DNA of 64,000 nucleotides, from contig JBDSLC010000193.1 of NCBI GenBank assembly GCA_039916585.1, positions 20,111 through 84,110 of the forward strand, read 5' to 3'. The notes under the pieces are model-generated. The model saw nothing but the letters and a program-made list of their open reading frames with translations, ran no database searches and had not been told where the DNA came from. The position numbers and the translations under genes were made by a program. Below are positions 17,930 through 26,071 of this stretch, piece after piece (position 1 is the stretch's first letter; each line of letters opens with the position of its first letter). Origin of the DNA: Pyrinomonadaceae bacterium (GTDB lineage Bacteria; Acidobacteriota; Blastocatellia; Pyrinomonadales; Pyrinomonadaceae).

Positions 17930-19165
17930 ATGGCTGAATTCGTTTGTCGTTTAGGAACGCCGTCCGGCGAGATCGTAACTAGAATTGTAGAAGCCACCGG
18001 TGCGGCTGATGCCCGGTTTCAGCTTGAACGGGACGGCTTTAAAGTATTCGATGTGGCGTCCGCCGCGAGCGGGCTCAAGTCGTTCCTGCCCGGCGGATCG
18101 ACCAAGGGCAAGGTCAAACAGGCCGACTTCTTACTGTTCAACCAACAGCTATCGGCTCTGCTGAAGGCCGGCATACCGGTTCTGCAGGCGATATCGCTGC
18201 TTCGCGCCCGTTCGCAGTCGGGAAATCTTCGGATCGTCCTGACCGACGTTGAGGAAAAGATCAAGAATGGCCTTCCGTTGTCCACCGCGTTCGAATCTCA
18301 GGGCATCTTCCCGAAGATCTACACGGCGTCCATCCTTTCAGGTGAGAAGTCAGGTGCTCTGGACGACGTACTTAAGAGATACGTCGATTACCTGAAGCGG
18401 AGCGTCGGGGTCGCCCGGAAACTGCGAGGGGCGTTGGCATATCCGGCCTTTTTGCTAACCGCAGCGACGTTCATGATCGCCTTTCTAACGCTCTACATCG
18501 TCCCGCGAATGTCGGATCTATTCAAGAGCCTGAGCGCCAACCGGACGCTGCCGACGATCACGCTTGCGGTTCTGTGGATATCGAATACGGTTGCGGCGAA
18601 CGTCTGGTGGATGCTTCCATTGTTAGTTATTGCGGTTCTGGCCCTCTATATCTGGCTAAGGACCGATTCCGGCCGATTGACGCTGCACCGCGTTCTGCTC
18701 AGGCTTCCGGTTGCGGGCACCCTGATCAAGCAGATGGCAACTGCCCAGCTTGCGCGGTCACTTTCGACGCTGCTGTCGGGCGGTATCACGGTTCCGGATT
18801 CGTGGGAGATCTCGGCTCAGGCGCTAAACAATCTCGACCTTCGCCGGCGGAGTACCGCCGTGCTGCCGATGATCCGAGAGGGGCGCGGATTTACTGAAGC
18901 ACTGGAGACGGCAAACTGGATCCCCGCGCTGGGACTGGACATGATCGGGATCGGCGAACGGTCAGGAAGCCTACGCGAGATGCTCGACGAGGTCGCGTCA
19001 TTTTATGATGCCGAGGCCGAGGTCAAGCTTGAGCAGCTGACGACCCTGCTCGAGCCGTTGATCCTTGTCGTGATGGCCGTGATCGTCCTGGCGATCCTGC
19101 TCGCCATCTACCTCCCGATCATCCAAACGATCTCCGCCGGGCCGATGGGCGGAAGGGGACGATAG
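17930..19165 (+). CDS. pilC: Type IV pilus / type II secretion platform protein (PilC/GspF family)
   Basis: Two T2SSF repeats with three TM segments are present, including the motifs FNQQLSALLKAGIPVLQAI and LARSLSTLLSGGITV. The ATG at 17930 was chosen over the upstream in-frame start. Confidence 0.9.
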   Translation: MAEFVCRLGTPSGEIVTRIVEATGAADARFQLERDGFKVFDVASAASGLKSFLPGGSTKGKVKQADFLLFNQQLSALLKAGIPVLQAISLLRARSQSGNLRIVLTDVEEKIKNGLPLSTAFESQGIFPKIYTASILSGEKSGALDDVLKRYVDYLKRSVGVARKLRGALAYPAFLLTAATFMIAFLTLYIVPRMSDLFKSLSANRTLPTITLAVLWISNTVAANVWWMLPLLVIAVLALYIWLRTDSGRLTLHRVLLRLPVAGTLIKQMATAQLARSLSTLLSGGITVPDSWEISAQALNNLDLRRRSTAVLPMIREGRGFTEALETANWIPALGLDMIGIGERSGSLREMLDEVASFYDAEAEVKLEQLTTLLEPLILVVMAVIVLAILLAIYLPIIQTISAGPMGGRGR

Positions 19166-19186
19166 TTACGATTTGTTCGTTCTGGT

Positions 19187-19323
19187 TCATCTTCTTCATC
19201 TTCTTCATCTTGTTCTGTGGTTAGAGTTTTTCGCTGACTATGAGAGAGAAGAGAAAAATGGGGCCAAGGGATAATGCGAAATCCTTAACCACAGAACAAG
19301 AGGAACAGGAAGAAGAATCTGAG
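19187..19323 (+). repeat. Long interrupted inverted repeat of the same family as 15262-15567
   Basis: The left arm TTCATCTTCTTCATCTTCTTCATCTTGTTCTGTGGTTA (19187-19223) pairs with the right arm TAACCACAGAACAAGAGGAACAGGAAGAAGAA (19286-19317). The loop is ~62 nt. Confidence 0.85.
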
Positions 19324-19339
19324 AAAAGAGCACCTTGAG

Positions 19340-19783
19340 ATGAGCGGACAGAAACAGGAAAGAATTGAACGGACAGAAATTGATAAGAATGATGAGGTAG
19401 GATCACCGAATCGTTACATTCTGGAAGACGAAACCTATGCGATCATCGGAGCCGCAATGGAGGTGTATTACAAGTTGGGAAATGGCTTTGCTGAGCCGGT
19501 TTATCAAGAAGCGTTGGGAATAGAGTTCGAGCTTCGGGACGTATTGTTTGAACCGCAGAAGCGACTGCATATTGAGTATAAGGGACGGAACCTCGAGAAA
19601 GGATACATTGCGGATTTCATATGCTTTGGCGAGATCATCGTTGAGATAAAGGCGATCAACGGCCTTTCGCCGGTCGATTGGTCCCAGGTGATGAATTATC
19701 TAAAAGCTAGCAAGCTGCGGGTTGGGCTTCTCTTTAATTTTGGAAGCCATGGGAAAATGGAAATGAAGCGGGTCGTTATCTGA
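19340..19783 (+). CDS. GxxExxY-family protein (PD-(D/E)XK nuclease-fold, PDDEXK_3-like)
   Basis: ETYAIIGAAMEVYYKLGNGFAEPVYQEAL (GxxExxY motif), D...EIK and LLFNFG are hallmarks of the family. Confidence 0.85.
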   Translation: MSGQKQERIERTEIDKNDEVGSPNRYILEDETYAIIGAAMEVYYKLGNGFAEPVYQEALGIEFELRDVLFEPQKRLHIEYKGRNLEKGYIADFICFGEIIVEIKAINGLSPVDWSQVMNYLKASKLRVGLLFNFGSHGKMEMKRVVI

Positions 19784-19821
19784 ACTGTCGCAGCCGACTC
19801 GTAAGCGAAAGTCGTGAATCC

Positions 19822-19850
19822 TAACCACAGAACAAGAAGATTAAGAAGAA
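19822..19850 (+). repeat. Direct-repeat copy of the purine-rich arm downstream of the GxxExxY gene
   Basis: TAACCACAGAACAAGAAGATTAAGAAGAA is in the same orientation as the arm at 19286-19317. Confidence 0.8.
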
Positions 19851-19908
19851 CCCGATTTGAAGGCTTTCAACCAAGAGGACGAAGAAGAACAGATCTGAAA
19901 GGAAATAA

Positions 19909-21591
19909 ATGAGTACCTCAACTAACGGAGTCACTACCAATATATCGTCGCCCAGGATCGAGCTTTCGGATTTTATTGAGAATGAGCCACCGGAGGTGAT
20001 CGAGGCTAAGCAGTTGGCGAAGCGGTATAGGCTGCCTTATATCGATCTGCTGCCGCCGGATCTGGCGTCGCCGATCGATTACGAAGAGCTTGCGAAGATC
20101 CCGGTTGACACGATGCTGCGGAATCATTTCGTGCCGCTGCGCCGCGAGGGGCGTAATCTCCATGCGGCGATGGCCGATCCGACGAATCTTGAGGTGCTTG
20201 ATGAACTCGAGAACGCGCTCGACGTGCGGATCGTGCCGTACGTGGCTACGCAGGGTGCGATCGATGTCATCTTGAAGCGCGGCGACGCAACTCAGCGTGT
20301 GCTTCAGGAAGCGGCGTCGGGGTTCAAGATCTCGCTGGTTAAGGAAACCGAGAATGGGGAGGAGGTGCTCGACCTGGATCGTCTGGCGACGGATTCAGAT
20401 ATGTCGCCGATCATCAAGCTTGTCGATACGATCGTGTATAACGCGATGGAATCGAGAGCATCAGATATCCACATCGAGGCCGGCGATCGCGAGATGAATG
20501 TGAAGTTCCGAATCGACGGGGCGTTGTATCGAAAGGTCGACCCGATCGACATAGCGTATCACCAGACGTTGATCTCGCGAATCAAGGTGATGTCAGAGCT
20601 CGACATCGCCGAGCGACGCGTGCCGCAAGACGGACGTTTTCGTGTTCGATATAAAGGTCGCACGGTCGATTTCCGCGTGTCGATATTGCCCTCCGCGTTT
20701 GGCGAGAATTGCGTTATCCGTATCCTCGATAAGGAACAGATCTCGGAAGAGTTCAAAAATCTTTCGTTGGAAGTCGTAGGGTTTGATCCTGAAGATCTCC
20801 AGCGATTTCGGCTTTATATCAAGGAACCGTACGGGATGGTGCTGGTCACGGGCCCGACGGGTTCTGGTAAAACGACGACGCTGTATGCCGCACTTAACGA
20901 GATCCGGAACGACGAAGACAAGATCATCACGATCGAAGATCCGGTCGAATACGTGCTGCAGGGGATAATGCAGATCCCGGTGAATGAGAAGAAGGGATTG
21001 ACCTTTGCCCGCGGGCTGCGTTCCATCTTGCGTCACGATCCGGACAAGGTGATGGTCGGCGAGATCCGTGACGAAGAGACGGCGCAGATCGCGATCCAGT
21101 CGGCATTGACGGGCCATCTGGTATTTACGACGGTCCACGCGAATAACGTTATTGACGTGATCGGGCGATTTCTGAATATGGGAGTCGAGCCCTATAACTT
21201 CGTATCGTCGCTCAACTGCGTGCTGGCTCAGCGGCTTGTTCGGCTGCTTTGCCACTTTTGCAAACGCCATTACGAACCGACGCGCGAAGAGCTTTATTCC
21301 TCTGGCTTGCGTCCCGAGGACGTTTCGAGCCGAGAATTCTTCCGCAACGTCGGATGCGACGCATGCAACCACACCGGATACCGCGGCCGTACCGCCATCC
21401 ACGAACTTCTCGATATGTCCGACGCGATCCGCGAGATGATCATCGAACGACGGCCGGGGTCTGAGATCCGACGGCAAGCTGAGAAAGAAGGCCTATCGTC
21501 GCTGCGTGAATCGGCGGTCAAGAAGGTGTTTGCCGGGCAGACGACGCTCCACGAGATCAATCGCGTGACGTTCGTTGAGGAAATTCGTTAA
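19909..21591 (+). CDS. pilB: Type IV pilus assembly / T2SS ATPase (PilB/GspE family)
   Basis: An N-terminal T2SSE_N-like domain, Walker A (GPTGSGKTT), Asp/His boxes and a tetracysteine motif (CHFC...CDAC) are present. Confidence 0.95.
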   Translation: MSTSTNGVTTNISSPRIELSDFIENEPPEVIEAKQLAKRYRLPYIDLLPPDLASPIDYEELAKIPVDTMLRNHFVPLRREGRNLHAAMADPTNLEVLDELENALDVRIVPYVATQGAIDVILKRGDATQRVLQEAASGFKISLVKETENGEEVLDLDRLATDSDMSPIIKLVDTIVYNAMESRASDIHIEAGDREMNVKFRIDGALYRKVDPIDIAYHQTLISRIKVMSELDIAERRVPQDGRFRVRYKGRTVDFRVSILPSAFGENCVIRILDKEQISEEFKNLSLEVVGFDPEDLQRFRLYIKEPYGMVLVTGPTGSGKTTTLYAALNEIRNDEDKIITIEDPVEYVLQGIMQIPVNEKKGLTFARGLRSILRHDPDKVMVGEIRDEETAQIAIQSALTGHLVFTTVHANNVIDVIGRFLNMGVEPYNFVSSLNCVLAQRLVRLLCHFCKRHYEPTREELYSSGLRPEDVSSREFFRNVGCDACNHTGYRGRTAIHELLDMSDAIREMIIERRPGSEIRRQAEKEGLSSLRESAVKKVFAGQTTLHEINRVTFVEEIR

Positions 21592-21608
21592 CTCCTGAAC
21601 GGAAACGC

Positions 21609-22514
21609 CTAGATGAGTCGGCGATAAATATCGGGATCGACGTTTCCGCCGCTGACTATCACGCAGATCTTCTTATCTTTGAATCGCGTTGGGTCTTCGA
21701 GGACGGCTCCGAGGGAGAGGGCTCCGGTTGGTTCGGATTTTAGGTTGACGAGGCCGAAGTAGAGTTTGACGGCTTCGGCGATCTTCTCGTCCGATACTTC
21801 GATAAAATCTTTCGCGCCGTCTTTGATGATCGGCCAGTTGAGTTTGCCGAGTGAGACGGTCCGGGCGCCGTCGGCGATGGTTTTCGGTTCGGAATCGTTG
21901 GCGAGAAGTTCGCCGGCTTTGAACGATCTCGATGCATCGTTGCCGAGGAGCGGCTCGGCTCCGATAACCTCTGTCATTACGCCGTTGCGGCAGAAGGAGC
22001 GAATGGTGCCCGAGATCAGCCCGCCGCCGCCGACGGGGACGATCACCGCGTCGAAGCCAAGGCCTGCGATCTCATCACCGAGGGTCGAGTTTCCTTCGAT
22101 CACGAACTCGTCGTCGTATGGCGAAGCTACGTATACCCCTGGCATCTCTTCCGCGAGTTGCTCCACGCGTTCGGCTCGGCCAACTTTTGAAACTTCGATC
22201 AGATCTGCGGTTGCTCCGTATGATCGGACCGCGTCGATCTTAACGTGAGCCGAAGTCTGCGGCATCACTACCGTGCATTGCTTTCCCGTCAGCTTACAGG
22301 CATAAGCGATCGCCTGCCCGAAATTACCGGACGATGCCGTTAGTATCGAGTCGTTTTGGACGTTGATCACAACGTTATAGCCCGCCCGGAACTTGAAGCT
22401 GCCGGTGTGTTGGAACGCTTCTGAGACAATCGTGATATCGAGCCCGAGGTGGTCGCGGAGCTTCGAAGATTCGACGATGGTCGTCGGGCGAATGGCGTCG
22501 AGAAGAGAAAGCAT
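21609..22514 (-). CDS. PLP-dependent serine/threonine dehydratase / serine racemase-family enzyme
   Basis: The PLP-lysine motif HTGSFKFRAG, the Gly loop PVGGGGLISG and the 301-aa length fit the fold-type II family. Confidence 0.85.
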   Translation of the reverse strand: MLSLLDAIRPTTIVESSKLRDHLGLDITIVSEAFQHTGSFKFRAGYNVVINVQNDSILTASSGNFGQAIAYACKLTGKQCTVVMPQTSAHVKIDAVRSYGATADLIEVSKVGRAERVEQLAEEMPGVYVASPYDDEFVIEGNSTLGDEIAGLGFDAVIVPVGGGGLISGTIRSFCRNGVMTEVIGAEPLLGNDASRSFKAGELLANDSEPKTIADGARTVSLGKLNWPIIKDGAKDFIEVSDEKIAEAVKLYFGLVNLKSEPTGALSLGAVLEDPTRFKDKKICVIVSGGNVDPDIYRRLI

Positions 22515-22554
22515 TTGTTAAGAATCGAACACGCGGATAAACTCGTCAAGTTCA

Positions 22555-23466
22555 ATGACAGAGCGGAAACAATATGAACCGCCGGCGGAACTCGTTAAAC
22601 ACGTCACCGCGATTTGTGGTGATGCAGGCATCGCGTGGCTCAACGACCTCCCTAGGACCGTTGCCACCTTAGAAGATAAGTGGGAAGTCGCGACAGAGTC
22701 GGCGTTCGAGAAGGGCGAGTATAACTTTGTCGCGCCCGCTCGGTCGGAGACGATCGACGCGGTTCTGAAAGTGGCACCGCCGTTTCCGACAGTTGAGATA
22801 TTCGCCGAAGCAGAATTTCTTGGAAGGCTCGACGGGCGAGGTGCTCCGCGATTGCTGCGAGAAGACCGTGAGACGCGGGCAATGCTTATTGAGAGGATCC
22901 ATCCGGGAGTAACAATGGACGTTTATTTCGCGGACGATCCGTTTGCCTGCGTCGGTCCGGCGATCGAAGTTCTGAAGTCCACACTGATGCCCTCTCCGTA
23001 CCCGCCTGCCGAGGCTCAGGTATTCTACAACTGGTATTTTAAGTTCCAGTGCGCACTTGAAACGGATTTCCCGCGTGAGTATGTCTTGAAGGCAATGACG
23101 ATCTTTGACCGTCTGCTTCAGGACGATGACAAGACTTTCCACCTTCACGGCGACTTTCATCCGGGGAATGTGATCAGCTCCGGCGATGGCTTTGTTGTGA
23201 TCGATCCGAAAGGCTTGGTTGGACACGTTACTTACGACGTCTCCGTATTTCTCAACAATCTCCATTGGTGGCAAAAGGGAAAGCCAGTTGTGAAAGAAGA
23301 CCTGTTTAAGGCGGCTTGGCAGTTTGCCGACGCCCTCGGTATGGATGAATTTAAGATTCGCGAGGCCGCATATGCCGGAATGGTGATCGGCGCGTGGTGG
23401 AACTTTGAAGATATGCCGGAGCATTACAATAATGAGGTTGAGTTAGCCGATATCTGGGACGTCTGA
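22555..23466 (+). CDS. Aminoglycoside/streptomycin-kinase-like phosphotransferase (APH family)
   Basis: The catalytic loop HLHGDFHPGNVI and the motif VVIDPKG are present in a ~300-aa product, as in APH(6)/StrB-like kinases. Confidence 0.75.
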   Translation: MTERKQYEPPAELVKHVTAICGDAGIAWLNDLPRTVATLEDKWEVATESAFEKGEYNFVAPARSETIDAVLKVAPPFPTVEIFAEAEFLGRLDGRGAPRLLREDRETRAMLIERIHPGVTMDVYFADDPFACVGPAIEVLKSTLMPSPYPPAEAQVFYNWYFKFQCALETDFPREYVLKAMTIFDRLLQDDDKTFHLHGDFHPGNVISSGDGFVVIDPKGLVGHVTYDVSVFLNNLHWWQKGKPVVKEDLFKAAWQFADALGMDEFKIREAAYAGMVIGAWWNFEDMPEHYNNEVELADIWDV

Positions 23467-23471
23467 CGGAT

Positions 23472-24122
23472 ATGGAGCAAAAGAAGAGAATGGGTTTCTG
23501 GTTGAAGGTCGCGGTAATCAGCGCGGTGACGGCCGTGATGGTGTTCGTTCTTCTTGGCGTGGTCTCATGGGTCGTCTATTTCTCGATCTGCTGCGAACCC
23601 GTCAGCCAGAGGCCGGGGTCTTCAATGGGTGAGAATGGAGATCGAATAGAGCCGAGTGGGACAAGGCCGCGAGATTCTACGACTGATGCCGGCAAGATAA
23701 CAAGTGTCTTCTTTACCTCGTGGAGTCACGCAGGACCGCTTTACCCCGGGCCGAGAGATCCACCGGGCTACGTATCGAGTTCGACGATCGAGTTTCGCCG
23801 CAACCTGTCTGCGATTCGCGAAATACGGAAGGATTTCGATCGCGACCTACCCGATGAGATCAGTAAGAACTCGGCCGCGCTAACGGCTGAGCAATTTGAG
23901 CGTCTGGCGCAGACCTGCGCCGAAAACGACATCGTGAACGAACCAAACTCGACAAAACGGCGGTCTGAGGGAGAATCTTTGCTTGTTATCGAGTATGACG
24001 GCGAAAAGAAGAGTATCTCCACGAGCAATATTGGCATGGACACTCCGAGAATGAAGGCGGTGCTGGATGCGATCGAGGCGCTGGAAAAGTCGGTTAGCTG
24101 GTCGAAGGTCGGCGAGCGATAG
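23472..24122 (+). CDS. Hypothetical membrane-anchored protein
   Basis: An N-terminal TM segment (FWLKVAVISAVTAVMVFVLLGVVSWVVYF) is present and no recognisable motif follows. The gene starts 5 nt after the APH stop. Confidence 0.55.
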   Translation: MEQKKRMGFWLKVAVISAVTAVMVFVLLGVVSWVVYFSICCEPVSQRPGSSMGENGDRIEPSGTRPRDSTTDAGKITSVFFTSWSHAGPLYPGPRDPPGYVSSSTIEFRRNLSAIREIRKDFDRDLPDEISKNSAALTAEQFERLAQTCAENDIVNEPNSTKRRSEGESLLVIEYDGEKKSISTSNIGMDTPRMKAVLDAIEALEKSVSWSKVGER

Positions 24123-24156
24123 TCTCAAACTTCCAGTTTGTGTACCATAGGTGGCA

Positions 24157-25572
24157 ATGTCTAAAGCGCAATTCGGAATGATCGGCCTCGGAACGATGGG
24201 CCGTAACTTTCTTTTGAACGTAGCGGAGCATGGATTTTCGTGTCTGGGATACGACCTGGATGCGGCAAAGCGGATCCTGCTTGTTGAAGAAGGTGTAGGT
24301 TTTCAGGTCGCGGCTGCCGAAGATCAAGCGTCGTTTGTCGCGGGGCTTGATTCGCCGCGGAAGATAATGCTGTTGGTTCCGGCGGGGCCGATCGTTGATG
24401 CAGTTATCACCGGACTGATACCGCTGCTTGAAGCGGGTGACCTTATTATCGACGGCGGCAATTCACACTTTACGGACACCGAGCGAAGATCGGCATTGCT
24501 CACCGAAAAAGGTATCGAATTCCTGGGCGTCGGCGTGAGCGGCGGTGAGGAAGGTGCTCGACACGGTGCGAGCATAATGATCGGCGGCAAGCCTGACGTT
24601 TACGAACACGTTCGCCCGATGTTGGAGGCGGCTTCGGCGAAGGTCAATGGCGAGCCGTGTGCGGCACATGTCGGGAGCGGTTCGGCCGGGCATTTCGTTA
24701 AGATGGTGCACAACGGCATCGAGTACGGAATGATGCAGTTGATCGCCGAGGCATACGATCTGCTGCACAGCGGATTTCAGATCCGCGATATAAAGGCCGC
24801 CGAACTTTTTGAACGTTGGAATGGCGGCGAATTGAATTCGTTCTTGATCGAGATCACGGCGACCGTCCTAAAGAAGCGTGCTGAGGACGGAAGGTCGCTG
24901 GTCAGCAAGATCCTCGATACGGCCGGACAAAAGGGCACCGGGAAGTGGACGTCGGAGGCCGCGATGGAGCTTGGTGTTCCGATCCCTACGATCGACGCTG
25001 CGGTGTCGATGCGGCAGATCTCGGCACTGAAAGCGGAGCGTGTTTTTGCGGCGGAAAAGCTCGGCGTGGCTCAGGACGTTCAGCTCGATGAAACGCTGGG
25101 TCCCGACATTGTACACTTCGTCGAATCCGGCCTTCACCTCGCGTTCATCACAACCTACGCACAGGGTTTTGCTTTGCTGCAGACGGCTTCCGTTGAAAAG
25201 AAGTATGATCTCGACCTTGTCGAGATAACCAAGATCTGGCGCGGCGGATGTATCATCCGGTCGGCGATGCTCGAAGATTTCCGAAAAGCATATGAGGCGG
25301 ATCCGAAGCTGCCTAATCTTCTGGTCGCCGATAATCTGGCGAAAACCATTCGCAATGAGCAGAATATCCTGAAAGCGACGCTTAAGTTTGCGATCGCGGC
25401 TGACGTACCGTGCATGGCCTTTGCATCGGCGTTGAATTATTTAAAGGCGTACGCATCGGAACGACTGCCTGCCAATCTTATTCAGGCCCAACGAGATTAT
25501 TTTGGCGCTCATACTTATCAGCGAACAGATCAAGAGGGGACATTCCATACGCCCGATTGGAATTTGGGTTAA
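24157..25572 (+). CDS. gnd: 6-phosphogluconate dehydrogenase (decarboxylating)
   Basis: MSKAQFGMIGLGTMGRN is a Rossmann N-terminus like that of E. coli Gnd. The motifs GGNSHF and VKMVHNGIEYG, and the C-terminal QRDYFGAHTY, are also present. Confidence 0.95.
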   Translation: MSKAQFGMIGLGTMGRNFLLNVAEHGFSCLGYDLDAAKRILLVEEGVGFQVAAAEDQASFVAGLDSPRKIMLLVPAGPIVDAVITGLIPLLEAGDLIIDGGNSHFTDTERRSALLTEKGIEFLGVGVSGGEEGARHGASIMIGGKPDVYEHVRPMLEAASAKVNGEPCAAHVGSGSAGHFVKMVHNGIEYGMMQLIAEAYDLLHSGFQIRDIKAAELFERWNGGELNSFLIEITATVLKKRAEDGRSLVSKILDTAGQKGTGKWTSEAAMELGVPIPTIDAAVSMRQISALKAERVFAAEKLGVAQDVQLDETLGPDIVHFVESGLHLAFITTYAQGFALLQTASVEKKYDLDLVEITKIWRGGCIIRSAMLEDFRKAYEADPKLPNLLVADNLAKTIRNEQNILKATLKFAIAADVPCMAFASALNYLKAYASERLPANLIQAQRDYFGAHTYQRTDQEGTFHTPDWNLG

Positions 25573-25581
25573 CCTAGAATT

Positions 25582-26067
25582 ATGGTCCGCAACTTCATTA
25601 TCATCCTTGCATCGATCAGCTTCATCATTGTGATCGGCGGGGCAGTTTACGAACATCGCGCCTTAGTTCCGGTTTGGTCCTCGGCGGTGCCTGCGTCGCT
25701 CACAGTATTCCAGGGTGAATATCGCCTGACGCCGGAGAAATTCTGGGTGCCGATACATCCCGTGACTGTGGTGCTGATGATTGCCGCATTGGTGGCGAAT
25801 TGGGCATCTGATCGTCGAGCATTGATCCTGGCGCCGCTGGTGGGCTACGTTGTCGTTCTCGCGATCACATTTTTCTATTTCGTACCTGAGTTGATGGCAA
25901 TAACTCAAACGCCCTTCAGCGAAACAGTCGACGCCGCCTTGACGGCGCGCGCCAGCACGTGGGAAACGCTGAGCCTCGTGCGGCTCGGATCCCTTATTCT
26001 GATGGCGATATCGCTCTTGTCGTCGCTCGCGACACCTATCGATAGTCGCTCCTACCGCAGATTCTGA
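25582..26067 (+). CDS. DUF1772-like (anthrone-oxygenase family) 4-TM membrane protein
   Basis: The 161-aa product has four hydrophobic helices and starts 9 nt after gnd. The family assignment is by overall pattern only. Confidence 0.5.
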   Translation: MVRNFIIILASISFIIVIGGAVYEHRALVPVWSSAVPASLTVFQGEYRLTPEKFWVPIHPVTVVLMIAALVANWASDRRALILAPLVGYVVVLAITFFYFVPELMAITQTPFSETVDAALTARASTWETLSLVRLGSLILMAISLLSSLATPIDSRSYRRF

Positions 26068-26071
26068 CGAC

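Noticed and set aside
20593-21477. A 294-aa ORF antisense to pilB.
   Set aside because: It is an Arg-rich shadow ORF, and the sense strand encodes a complete PilB/GspE ATPase.
22669-23424. A 251-aa ORF antisense to the APH-like gene.
   Set aside because: It has no motifs, and the sense strand has kinase catalytic motifs and proper start/stop spacing with its neighbours.
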